This document shows, in pieces, positions 26,540-38,945 of a stretch of 64,000 nucleotides of DNA. Both the position numbers and the translations under genes were made by a program. A model generated the notes under the pieces. It searched no databases, was not told where the DNA came from, and worked only from the letters and a program-made list of their open reading frames with translations. Within the stretch, counting starts at the first letter, position 1. Each line of letters opens with the position of its first letter. The DNA comes from Octopus sinensis (taxonomy: Eukaryota), in the NCBI RefSeq assembly GCF_006345805.1, contig NC_042997.1:84940001-85004000 (forward strand), written 5' to 3'.

Positions 26540-27482
26540 CTGCCCTCCGCTAGGCGGGCAATGCGATCGGTAGTAGTTCCACTCTGGCGTTCTATAGAGG
26601 GTTAGTGGAAGAAAAGTGCGACGACGTTCTCGGGGAAACTCTAGGTGTTGATGATATCGAGTTGAACAGTCTGCTCAGAAGGACTTTCGGGCCGGGGCCA
26701 ATGGATAATTTCCAAAGGTCGCTCGCCTGGCAGTGCTTCTGAGGGACACTGCCTGTTTGAAATAAACTCTACCGGCACGGAAGTGCCGTCAGCCGGACCT
26801 GCCCGAGGTGCTGCCAGGACGACGAAACCGTGGTGCACGCACTCGTCCAGTGCCCGAGTATTGCTGAACTATGGGTTTATGTCGAACAGCTTCTGTCGCA
26901 TATAGGACGGATCCAGCTATCAGCTGAATCCATAGTGAAGATTGCCCCGCCGACCTCCTTTAACCGGGAGGGCAAGGCAGTTTTCCTTTGCCTAGTGGCT
27001 GTAGCGAAAGAGGTGGTATGGTGGACCCGTTTGAAAGGGCCAAGGTCAGACATTTTCCTCTTTGGCCAAGGCCTCATCAACTTTTTCAAGTTTCACTTGA
27101 AAAGGAAGATGAGAGTAGAGAGGGAAGTGCTGTCTCATAGCAAGTATATTGAAACCTGGGTGAATGTCGCAAGAATGGCCAGTATGGACGGATCAATTCT
27201 GAGAATACACCTGTGATTAAAATAAGGTAATATAAAAGGAGAAAGGGGCTCTCTACCCCCCTTTTGACCAGGCTCCCGTGCCTTTTATGGGTTTTTCCAT
27301 GAGTAACCTTTCGAAGCCCCTCCCCCTTTTGGAAGTTTTATTTGTTACTTATATTTCGTTGTTATCCTGCTTTTTCCCGACTTTTTTTTGAAAAACGGAC
27401 AAAACCCTTTGTAACCTTTCGTCCTGGTTTGTCCCTACATGTTTTTAATTGATTTTTGTTAGCCCTTGTGGCCAATAAACGA
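26539..27482 (+). mobile_element. 5'-truncated Tx1/L1-clade LINE (ORF2 C-terminus plus 3' UTR) inserted in (ATT)n
   Basis: SLAWQCF*GTLPV*NKLYRHG..TCPRCCQDDETVVHALVQCP (zf-RVT-like C-x2-C..ET..H..C), with the ORF ending at 27216. The 3' UTR ends gccAATAAAcg; (ATT)n lies on both sides. Confidence 0.85.
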
Positions 27483-27486
27483 ATTA

Positions 27487-27519
<33 letters not shown>

Positions 27520-27539
27520 TATTATTATTATTATTATTA

Positions 27540-27623
<84 letters not shown>

Positions 27624-27755
27624 GAGATGGCAGAATTGTTACCGCGCCGAAATATTTAGCAGCACCTCTTCGGACTTCAAACTCTGAGTTCAAATGTCGC
27701 CGAGGTTGACTTTGCCTTCCATTCTTTCAGGGTCAATAATGCAAGTTCCTGTTGA
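27624..27755 (+). mobile_element. SINE family B fragment directly after (ATT)n
   Basis: ggcagaattgttacc..ctgagttcaaatgtcgccgaggttgactttgccttccattctttcagggtc. Confidence 0.75.
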
Positions 27756-29425
27756 TTATGCGTTCCTCTAGCCTCCTTCCTGCAACCTTTTTGTTCTTCT
27801 GGCAGTTAATTCTGGTTGTCAAGGTGCTCGTAAATGCTTTCTGTATGCATTCCTGTTAACTGCTTCCACATTAATGGTAAGCAAGTGACTGGTCTGTAGT
27901 TGCTAACTGTATTATCCTTGCTCTTTTCTTTCATAATGAGTAACGTCCTTCCTCTAGTCATCCAATCCGGTATTATTCCTCCATTAAGGCAATCCTGAAG
28001 TTGTTCCCTCGGGCCCCCATGTAAACTACTAAATTTTTTTAGCAAGTACTCTTGAACTAAATCTGGTCCTGGGGCCCTTTTAATTCGGCATTTTTCCTAA
28101 CACTTTATTCATTAATGCACTAGTTAGTCTTAGAGCTGGCTGCTTCTCACTCACTATCTTTTCCCTAACTTTCTTTAACCATACTGCATTTCCATTATTA
28201 TTGACTGGCTTATGTCAAATATTACTCCAGAACTTTCTAGCTTCCTCTGCATTGGGTTTCTCATTTTCATTACTTCGATCTCCACTATTTATTTGGTTAT
28301 AAAGTCTCCTCTGGCCTGTCTCAAATAATCTCTTCTGTTGATACTGATCTATTCTTTTCTGATATCTAGTGACTTGCCTTCTGCTATGATATGCTGTTTC
28401 AACTCTTCTATTACTGTCCCAAATCCTTTCTCTTTGACTAAGTATCTTTTCTCGGGAGAAGATTTGAATCTTGTGCTTCCTAACTTGTTCAGTTTCCAGG
28501 CTTCTATTCTACCCAGAACTTTACTTAAAGTCTTCACTTTATTTTGTAGTCTTCTTTCTATAATTGCTCTTTTTTAATCTTTCTCTGTGAGATATCTAAT
28601 CTTCTAGTGACTACTACCCCTCTTGCATAAAAGAATAAGTTAGTGTCTCCTATATTTTTAGTATCTATCCTAATGATAACAGAATCTACTTTCCTAGTAA
28701 TTTCTAGCAGCTTCCTTCTGTTGGTGCCTTTTAATGCCGGCAATCTTTTTTTTTACTTCTTTACTCATTACTTCCTGCAACTCATCTAAAGTCTTCTGAT
28801 CTTCCTCACTTAAATCACTTAAGTAGTTGGTGCCAATTGTCCTTTCCTTATTGGTAGCACTATTATTATTTTTTTCCTTTAGGTTCTTCTTTGGTTTGAG
28901 CTATATCTCTTATGTTGTTGTTTGTCTTTCCTACTGCCTGGTCTTTCTTTTCCATTTCTCTTCTACCTCAAATTATGTCATCCACTTTCTTCTCTTAATA
29001 TCACTAGTTTGATCTGCTAATCTCTTCTCAGCCGCTATAAATATACTCTTCTCTGCCCAAATTGTAAACATCCGTTTTCTATAGCCCTTTCACTTTCTAA
29101 GGTTAACTTTCTAAGTAGCACTGCATCGCTGTCCTGTTTTCTTCGCTGGTCCAATTCCTCCTCCTTACTCTATTATTCTGTGGTCAATCTGCATCTTTAC
29201 TGAACCACTGCTGAGCGAGAGGCCTTCTCTTAAAGGTCCAGCTTCATTTTCGCTGATACACTCAGTTTCTTCGGAAAATCCTGTCTGTCATAAACTGAGG
29301 TAAGGTAACGTTCCCCACCAACGTCATCACTACTATTATTTTTCGACATCTAATAGTTTCAAGCAACTTTCTATTGCATCCTTTGTTGCATCTTTGTGCT
29401 GGCGGGTGGTGTGTATTGCATGTTA
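27756..29425 (-). pseudogene. Decayed R4/Dong LINE N-terminal region and start of RT
   Basis: AEKRLADQTSDIKRKKW, KAPGPDLVQ, PDWMTRGRTLLIMK, NYRPVTCLPLMWK, LPEEQKGCRK; many stops. Confidence 0.85.
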
Positions 29426-29472
<47 letters not shown>

Positions 29473-29475
<3 letters not shown>

Positions 29476-30307
29476 TAGTTTTATTTTTATAGCGTGCTTT
29501 CACTTCACTACCGAGCGCAGCTCTGTGTGCCTTGGGTATGTGCTGTGATTTGTTGTGATGCTCTGATGGTTATTGTATGGAAAGTGTTCTGCGTAGGATG
29601 TGTGCAGTGCCTAGTAGTGCAATTTTCTGTATGTTATATGTGTTTGTAAGTCCTGGTGTTTTTGTTATGTATTTGTCTGAATATTTTTTTATCATGCCTA
29701 ATGCGCCTACTATGATAGGAATTGTTTCTGTTTTCAGGTTCCACATTCTAGTTACCTCTATTTCCAGGTCTTTGTATTTTGAGAGTTTCTCCATTTCTTT
29801 TAGAGACACGTTGTCATCTGCCGGTATTGATACATCAATTAGAAAGCATTTTTTTTCTTCATGATCTCTGACAACTATATCTGGTCTGTTGGCCTTAATT
29901 TCTCTATCTGTGTGTATCGGCATATCCCAGAGTATGGTTGCTTTCTCGTTTTCTGTGACCTTTTCTGGTGTGTGCCTATACCATCTTTTTTCTGTTGTTA
30001 TTCCATAATGTTGGCATAGCTTCTAATGTATGTAGGTTCTAACTCTGTCATGTCTGTGAATATATTCCTTCTTAGCCAGGACTGGGCAGCTAGAGATAAT
30101 ATGATTTATTGTTTCTTGTCCATCTCCACATATTCTGCAGTTACTTGTAATATTTCTTTTCATTATATGTTTTTGGTAATTTCTGGTGGGGAGGCTTTGG
30201 TCTTGTGCAGCAATTAAAAATCCCTCTGTTTCTGCTTTGAGTCCTGATCTTCTCAACCATTGCTGGGATTTTTCTTTGTCTATTTCTTTTGCGTTTAGTT
30301 TAGTGCA

Positions 30308-30308
<1 letters not shown>
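29473..30308 (-). mobile_element. 5'-truncated R4/Dong LINE 3' end (CCHC plus restriction-like endonuclease, 3' UTR), flanked by (TAA)n
   Basis: ETEGFLIAAQDQSL..CRICGDGQETINHIISSC..RHD..ILWD..ANRPDIVV..LIDVSIP..KYKDL..ALG..LGTAHILRR; the 3' UTR ends aaactactg(AAT)n. Confidence 0.95.
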
Positions 30309-30384
<76 letters not shown>

Positions 30385-30419
30385 TATTATTATTATTATT
30401 ATTATACTATACTCTTTAC

Positions 30420-30625
30420 TGTTTTATTTGTTTCAGTCATTTGACTGTGGTCATGCTGGAGCAATGCCTTTAGTCGAGCAAATCGACCCCAGGACTTATT
30501 CTTCTAAGCCTAGTACTTATTGTATCGGTTCTTTTGCCGAACCGCTAAGTTACAGGGACGTAAACACATCTCAATCGGTTGTCAAGCAATGTTGGGGGGA
30601 CAAACACAAACACATATATACACAC

Positions 30626-30690
<65 letters not shown>

Positions 30691-30880
30691 ACATATATAC
30701 GACGGGCTTCTTTCAGTTTCCTAACCCTAACCCTAACCTTAACCAAATCCACTCACAAGGCTTTGGTCGGCCCGAGGCTATAGTAGAAGACATTTTCCCA
30801 AGGTGCCACGCAGTGGGACTGAACCCGGAACCATGTGGTTCGTAAGCAAGCTACTTACCACACAGCCATTCCTGTGCCTA
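30420..30880 (-). mobile_element. SINE family A, full length, with an internal (CCCTAA)n-like expansion
   Basis: Complete head, body and tail; cctaaccctaaccctaaccttaacc at 30720-30744. Confidence 0.88.
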
Positions 30881-31794
30881 TATTGATATTTGTTTTTATG
30901 TATAGTCACAATATAATAAAAACAACTTTACATTAATCTGATGGGTCACTCTATACTTTTGTCGACTACAAATTTGTTATTCTCATGCAAGAAAGCTTTG
31001 TTAGTGACTTCGAAGTTTCAGCCAGCTAAACCATCGCTGGCCTGCACTGCATTAGAGTTAGTCTTACCCTTATATAGTCTCTGTTTGGGGCTATAAAATC
31101 ATCTTTGGGTGTATGTTGGTTTTAGTGGGGTGGTAATTAGGTTTTCATGGTCGGTTATTATGAAAAACATAAAAATTCTAAACAATAACCCCACCATAAG
31201 TATATATACATATTATTATATATACGAGTATACATATATTTGCATATATATCTATGTGCGTATGTGTGTGTGTGTGGTGTGTGTGTGTGTGTGTGCGTGA
31301 ATGTATGTATACATATAAATATCTGTTATCTGCTGCTTCCTACCTCAGTTCGCGGTACAGGAGAACCGTACTAGCCATTACCGTATGTAGAAACGATGTG
31401 TGCGTTATGATGTTTGAAGAATAAAAAAGGGTCACGTGAAAGCAGTAAACAAATGACAAATCATGCTGAGAAGCAATAGAAATTCAAATCAGATTCCTCC
31501 GCAGCATTAGTAACACAGATTATCATATAGAAAGTGCTTTTAATACTCTATAATTGCTATTCAATACGCATGCGTATCGAGCTTATACAAGAAAAAATCC
31601 CGTGCAACATACAAACACACGCACACATATATACACACACATACACATGCAAATGTGTCTCATACACGGAAGTATATGCATGCAATTGCCCACATACATA
31701 CACTTATATTCGTGCCCACATATGCCCATAAATGTGCACATACATCAATCAACGAACACGAATAATTAAGTATTCACATATTCACCTGCACACA

Positions 31795-31834
<40 letters not shown>

Positions 31835-32168
31835 TATACATACATACATACATACATACATACATACATACATACATACATACATACATACGTATACACA
31901 CACAAAGTCCTATGAATACAATCACTCAATCTTTCGTTGGAGTAAAATATGTCAAGGTTTTCTCTTTCTCTCTCTCTATCTCTTTCTCTTCTCTCTCACT
32001 CTCTTCCCCTGCTCTGTCTCTTTCCTTTTCTGTCGCACATTCTCCACCTTTGTTCTTACTAACTCTTGTACTATCTTCTTGCACATCTTTATTCCTTTCT
32101 TTGCACATCTCTCTATATTTCATTACAATTCTCCCTCCATCACTTCCCCGTGCCTCTCTCTTTTAAAC

Positions 32169-32217
<49 letters not shown>

Positions 32218-32714
32218 GTATGTATATGTATATACACGCACATACGCACATATATACATATACACATATACACACATATACACATACACATACACATATA
32301 TGTTCCCTTTCTCTATCACTTCCCCTAACTTCCTTCCTTTTCGTGCACCTGCATACGCTATAACAAATTACTTTTTGTTGAACATCTCGTCCAACAATTC
32401 TGTAATTTACTTTTCATTCATCTGCACACTTGCTACTTTTTCAGGTGTCTGCTTTCCGCACCCTACCGAAGAGTCTGAAGAATTTTTCAATAAAATAATA
32501 TGCATACACGCTGTCATTAAAAACGATATCCTTCGTCTACCATACATCACCCTTCTCCAAAAAAAAATACAACCAACGAATAAACAAATAAACTGAATGT
32601 CAAAATGACATGCTGCCTGAAGTATTGTTTTGATATTTTGGAAATTATTAAGCGGGTTCAATATCAGTGCAATATTTCAAGCATCTACGCTGGTCCCGCC
32701 AAAGGTGTTAGTTG

Positions 32715-32890
32715 TATTAAGGACTTCAAATTTTGGTAATTTCGTGGGGTGGAAGTAAGTCGATTACGTAAACCCCAGTACTCGACGGGTACTTGTTTTA
32801 TTAACCCCATATGTATGAAAGGCAAAGTCGACCTCGACGAAATTTGAATTCAGAACGTAAAGACGGTAATGAATCTGCTAGCTCGCCGCC
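32715..32890 (-). mobile_element. SINE family B
   Basis: ttattaaggcggcgagctagcag..gttctgaattcaaatttcgtcgaggtcgactttgcctttcat. Confidence 0.8.
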
Positions 32891-32924
32891 TTAATAAAAA
32901 TAACAATAACAACGACAACAATAA

Positions 32925-33051
32925 TTATTTACATTCGACGCATATTTGTCCTCGACTTGTTTGTTTTTATACCCGCCAGCCTTCTTCAGGTGTCTTAGGG
33001 AAATTTCGAACCTGGGTTCTCATTCCTAAGGTATTTTTCGATGTTGTTATT

Positions 33052-33082
<31 letters not shown>

Positions 33083-33385
33083 TATTATTATTATTATTAT
33101 ATTATTATTATTCAGGTCATTACTTGGAATCGAACTCGGAATCATGGGTTTAGTAGCCCGCGTTCTTAATCACTACGCCATATGTCCACGGGTATATGGC
33201 GTAGTGACCTGAACGATAAGAATAATAATAATAGTAACATCGAAAAATATCTTTGGAATGAGAACCCTGGTTCGAAATGTCCCCAAGACACATGAAGAAG
33301 GCTGGAGGGTATATCAGCCGAAGCGATGTGTTAACAGCAATCAAGATGAGGACAAATATCCGTCGAATGTAAATAATGTACATAA
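32925..33385. mobile_element. Head-to-head pair of a repeat built from a tRNA-like head, (AAT)n and a hammerhead-containing tail
   Basis: Head on the minus strand at 33113-33187 (tggcgtagtg, gagttcgattcc). Arms 32925-33060 and 33230-33385 are inverted; hammerhead remnant at 33287-33332. Confidence 0.7.
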
Positions 33386-33434
33386 TTCCTCATCACTTAA
33401 ATATAAAATTATAAAACAACAATAATCTTTTCAA

Positions 33435-33654
33435 CTATAGGCACAATGCTTGAAGTTTGTGGGGTTTGGGTAGGTCGATCACATCGACCCCAGTAATTGT
33501 CTGGTACTTATTTCATCGGCCCAAAAAGGATGAAAGACAAGTCGCCCGCGGCGGAATTTGAACTCAGAACAGAGTGGCAGACGAAATACCACTAAGCATT
33601 TCGCCCGGCGTGCTAACGATTCTGCCAGCTCGCTGCCTTAATAAAACAACAACA

Positions 33655-33685
<31 letters not shown>

Positions 33686-33895
33686 CCCTTTCTATTATAG
33701 GCACAAGGCTCGAAATTCAGGCGAGGGGAATAGTCGATTTCTTAGACCCCAGTACTCAATTGGTACGTAATTTATCGACCCCGAAAGGATGAAAGGCAAA
33801 GTCGACCTCGGCGCAATTTGAACTCAGAACGTAGCGATGGGCGAAATGCCGCTAAGCAGTGGGCCCAGCGCCGTAATGATTCTTCCAGCTCGCTG
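33435..33895 (-). mobile_element. Two tandem SINE family B copies
   Basis: Family B body at about 33435-33640 and about 33690-33895. Confidence 0.82.
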
Positions 33896-34069
33896 ATGTT
33901 TATTACTAGTATTAATGATACTAGTTTGACTTGTACGTATCAAAATGTGAATTCTTTGCATCTTCTGTAGTATGAATGATTTATATACTCTCACGCATAC
34001 AAACACATCCATCCATCCATCCATACTTACGTAATAAACATGCATACACATACTTACATATGTATATAC

Positions 34070-34120
<51 letters not shown>

Positions 34121-34191
34121 AATATATATATATGTATACGTATATATATATCCATATGTGTATATAAATATATGTATGTATGTATATATAT

Positions 34192-34243
<52 letters not shown>

Positions 34244-34844
34244 TGAATGTTTGTGTCAATGCTTTCAAATCGACTAAAGCTTGGGTGTTAATTTTATTTC
34301 TGCTGGATTTGCAGTTGAGCAAAAATAAATAAACATAAACATTTGAATATACAAATGAATGAGAGACGAATAAATAAGAACTACATAATTTCCATAAGCG
34401 TATAAATAATTAGATTTGATTAATGTCGCAATCAACTTCAAAACGATTCCCACGGCATGTATCAATCAACTATAATAAAACACCGACTTTCGATTACAGG
34501 TTTAATAATCGATATAATTATTTCATCGAAACTCGAGTTGTGTAAGAAAAGTGATTCGAGCACATTGAAACCATATATCCTACAGTTATAAACGTTATTG
34601 CTGTTGTTGCTTGATTTGTTTAGTGTTGTTCTCAACAAAGCTGTTCCATTTAAGCCATTGATTCCCCACTGGTGGGGCCTGGGAAAATTGTTGGTAGGGC
34701 GTGACGCCATAGTCGCCATGGACAAGGTTCTCGTTAAAGTGACTCACCTTTTTATTCTTAATCAATAATGTACTTCTTTTATTGTGTACTTTATAAAACA
34801 GCTACCTGTAGGTTCTTTGTATCAAATAATTCTAATAGAATATT

Positions 34845-35235
34845 GGTTTCAAATTTTGGTACAAGGCCAGCTATTTCGGGGAATGAGATAAGTCGATTAT
34901 ATTGACTCCTCTACTCAACTGGTACTTATGTTATCTATCCCGAAAGGACGGAATTTCCACCCAGAACACGAAGACGGACGAAATGCCACTAAGCATTTTG
35001 CTCGACGTCTTAACGATTCTGTCAGCTCGCCGCCTTGATTGTGATAAAATATTAAAAGATAAAGTTGTTTTTTTCCAACCATTAGTGGAGCATAGATTTT
35101 TCCCGAGGCTACAGTAGAAGACACTTACCCAAGGTGCCACGCAGTGGTAATGAACCCGGAACCATGTGGTTGGTAGGCAAGCTACTCACCACACAGCCAC
35201 TCCTGCGCCTATAGCTACTTACCACACAGCTACTC
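34845..35235 (-). mobile_element. SINE family B (34845-35040) and SINE family A head (35100-35235)
   Basis: aaggcggcgagctgacagaatcgttaag and aggcgcaggagtggctgtgtggtgagtagcttgcc. Confidence 0.78.
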
Positions 35236-35460
35236 CTTATTTTCTTTTGCTTTTTTTAATCGACTGCAGATTGGTGAATTGCGGACCAGAAACTCAGAAT
35301 GTACTTGACTAAAGGAACGTAGACAGACTAGCACTTTTGTGTAACCGTTCTCAGTAACGTTTGTCTCCATCGAGCTTTGGACAATAAATATTAAAAATTT
35401 ACCGGCGGACTTTGCACGAAAAGTTGAAGAAAAAACTGTTTTAAACTTACAAATTTAGAA

Positions 35461-35605
35461 CAGGCATGGATAACCTTTTTCGAGAAGCTCACTGTATGAG
35501 ACATGACACATCATCAAGCGGGCGGCATTAGTAATAAAATTTATTGTAATTTTCCGTTGGCATGCCACTCAAAAATTGATGCGGGCAGCAGTTTGCCCTT
35601 GACTG
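35461..35605. mobile_element. hAT-type MITE, 145 bp, with 8-bp TSD
   Basis: Ends caggcatggataacc and agtttgcccttgactg; flanks atttagaa and atttaaaa (7/8 match). Confidence 0.75.
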
Positions 35606-35904
35606 ATTTAAAAAACTATTGCTTACCATCTTTTATTAATCATTTTCGTGTATGACAAAATTATTAATAAATTAAATTCCCTCATTTTCGGCACCGCAAT
35701 GACCAGAAGGAGCCCGGATAACTGAATTTTCCAGATATTTGATGATCACTCTTTCAGTTGTCGTAGCACCTTACAAACCCCATTGAACCCCCTATATTCA
35801 TCAGTATTGTCATTAATATTTTGAATGAATAGTGAAAATAGGAAAAAAATGGGAAGAAATAAAAATATAATTTAAGTAAAGAATAAGTAAAGGTGAAGAT
35901 GAGG

Positions 35905-36071
35905 CTGTGTGGAGGCGCAGGCGTGGCTATGTAGTAAGAAGTTTGCTTCCCAATCACATGGTTCCGGGTTCAGTACCACTGCGTGGCACCTTGGGCAAGT
36001 GTCTTCTACTATAGCCTCGGCCAAGCAAAGCCTTGTGAGTGGATTTGGAAGACAACTGAAAGACCGTCGTG

Positions 36072-36145
<74 letters not shown>

Positions 36146-36370
36146 CACATATGTGTGTGTTTGTCTGTATTTGTCCCCCACTGCTTGATAACCGGTGTTG
36201 GTGTGGTTCCATCCCCGTAACTTAGCGCTTCGGCAAAAGAAAACGATAGAAAAAGTACTAGGCTTAAAAGAAATAAGTCCTGGGATCGATTTGTTCGGCT
36301 AAAGCCCTTCAAGGTGGTAACCTAGCATGGCCGTAATTAAATGATTGAAACAAGTAGAAAATAAAAGATA
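35905..36370 (+). mobile_element. SINE family A, full length
   Basis: ggcgcaggcgtggctatgtagtaagaagtttgcttcccaatcacatggttccgggttcagtacc, body, and tail gaaacaagtagaaaataaaag. Confidence 0.88.
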
Positions 36371-37309
36371 ATAGAATAGTACTGAACTTTGAGAAGTAAC
36401 GATCCATTTGAGAAAAAGTAGAAACTTCCTTGTAATGACAATTAATTAGCTAACACGAATTAGCACAAATTCTAATTAACAACTCATATTCTTTTCTTTG
36501 TCTTTTGTTCTGGAAGCCGGTTGTTTGAGTGTTTTGTTTACTTGAGTGTTCCGGTTACTAGAGTACCGGATCAGAGAAAGTTTACAGTAGTATGTTTTTC
36601 GAAACATTCAACCAATAGACTGGATTTTCTAAAGTTATACATAAAATTCAGTGCACCTAGATACTCTTCCTCATGGGACATCATTTAAGGGTCACTGTTT
36701 TGGTATAAAGGTGAGATATGATGTTTAGCATTAATGACGAAGTGAAGTAAACTTGTATTACCTAGTTTTCCTCGACCTCTCGAGAGTTTATTTCATGCTT
36801 AATGGTTCGATGGTATGACACTCAAAACTGAATATTGTATAATACATAGCGCGTTGCTCTACTCTCTGGGTAATCTGCACTGCTCTTTTAAATAATTAAA
36901 TATTTTCAATTAGTGGAAGGAGTAACGTGAGAAATTCATTTCCACTGATGGAACATTGAGACATTGTAGCAAAACGTCTTAATTACCAATTAATTCATCT
37001 CCTTGTAATCAGAGCTAGAAATCTATTAATGATTATCCTTATTGACCAAACGCGTACATTCACACGTACATACGCATAAACACATGCACACGCATACGAA
37101 CATACACACACGCACAAGCACACATGCACGCACATTTGCATATATACATGAATACATATACGCAAGTACTGTAAATGATCTCTTCAGAGTATTTTATTCA
37201 CCAGTTCTATTTATATGCAAATATGAAGGAAAAAACACACATATACATGCGTGTATATACACATACACACACATATATATATACATGTATATATGTACGT
37301 ATATATATA

Positions 37310-37340
<31 letters not shown>

Positions 37341-38903
37341 ACATATATATATATATTAATGTATATATATACACCACACACGCACATACACACACATAAT
37401 GTGTCTGCGTATGTGTGTATATGTATGGATAATAACAACAAAAACAACAGGCAAGTATATTTCCCAAGTGACTCCTATTCAGAACGAAGTAATTAGTGTC
37501 GGTTTTTCTTCCCTGAAAAAGAAGTAAGCCTTGCAGCTAAGATCAAGTGCTGATAATTTAAATTCCATGAGATATCAGCCACTATTATTCATTAAAGAAG
37601 TCACCCAATATAGTGTCTTTTAAATTAAATATTCAGACGTTGTAAAACACATGCCTTGGATCAGAGAATCTAACCGAAGCTGATAACGTGCCAATCTGTT
37701 ATGATTAGAAGAGCACTGACGCATTACTGGAAACTAGGTCTTTGTGTCACATTGTTGTAAAATTATGTCTTATTCCTCTGTTTACCTCCTTTCAATCACT
37801 GGTAGGATACGGAGAATAAAAACAATGTTCGTTTCAAACTAATGAAAGTAGCCTCTACACACATTTGCTCTACCTGTTAGAAATAGTATACAAAGCTCCA
37901 CTCAGGATTAAAGAAGAACTTATGCGAGCAACATCAGCCATAGTTATTCTTAACACCATGGTTAGTCTTTGGGAGTTTTGCGTGCGAAATGTGAAAGTGG
38001 TAGCTAATATGCAGAACTTCCTGACTCTATAAATATAAATTTCGTTGCTGCAGCTCTCGTTAGCTTTCTTCAGCATTGTTTTAAAAGAACCAGTTAAGAA
38101 GCACATGGAAGATACGTTCGGGGTTCTCGGCTATGGTTTCTTACTTCAAGAAATCTGAGGCACCAATGTAACTGTATTAAAATCAGTCATGCTAAAATTG
38201 ACAAAGACCAGACTCATTCCCACAAAAGTAACGGTAAATTTTTAGAGGTAGGGTCCACATATTTTTAATAATGAGTAAACGAAATAACTCGAACCTATTA
38301 AATTCTTCTTCCTTTGCTGTGTCTGTAAAGTTTAAAACCGATCAGCCCGCTTCATTTACAACTACCAGCTCTCCATACTCGGCCCAGGTGGCCTAGTTCT
38401 ATCTGCTATGAGAAATCGACGCGGAGAGCAAAGTTGACCTCGGCGGGATTTGAACCTGAAATGTAACAGGCATTAAATATCAGAAAATATTTTTGCCGCA
38501 CGATCTATCGTGCTTGTCAGTCAGCTGCAAATCGAAATTATGTGTTTCCAATTATTCTATCTTTGAATCCGCCTTTGCTCATACCAGTGAAACATTTTTT
38601 GCCGAACATCCGTTTTCGTGTGTTTGAGTTGACATCAGCTTGATTCTATGTGGCATGCTTGAGCTAATGCCCAAGATTCTTCATATCTGCATAAGCAACT
38701 GGAGAGGTTTATTTGATGGATTTACCTTAGCTGATAAAAAGAACACCAAAACCACAGACAAACAAATCAAAAGAATGCAGTCTGTGCACAGCAGAGAGAA
38801 TCACATACACACACACACACATTTGCACACACGCATATAAATACATATACATATATATATATATATGTATATATAAGCATGTGTGTGTGTTTGTGTGTGT
38901 GTG

Positions 38904-38945
<42 letters not shown>

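Noticed and set aside
26475-30405. CRISPR array or satellite
   Set aside because: The recurring units are (ATT)n tracts between retroelement fragments, not repeat-spacer arrays; the DNA is eukaryotic.
33113-33187. Functional tRNA gene
   Set aside because: It has A/B boxes but no proper acceptor stem, and it is embedded in a repeat; it is a SINE head. The same applies to the family A and B heads.
36684-36712. 3' part and GTGAGA donor of a possible short exon beginning near 36653 (HLDTLPHGTSFKGHCFGIK)
   Set aside because: Too short, weak acceptor, and no recognisable homology.
37860-38170. Candidate host exon (ORF 37870-38106 minus, with AG/GT-like ends)
   Set aside because: No recognisable domain and no partner exons; the splice signals are at chance level.
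38565-38730. Minus-strand segment with a strong acceptor and donor
   Set aside because: All three frames contain stops between the splice signals.
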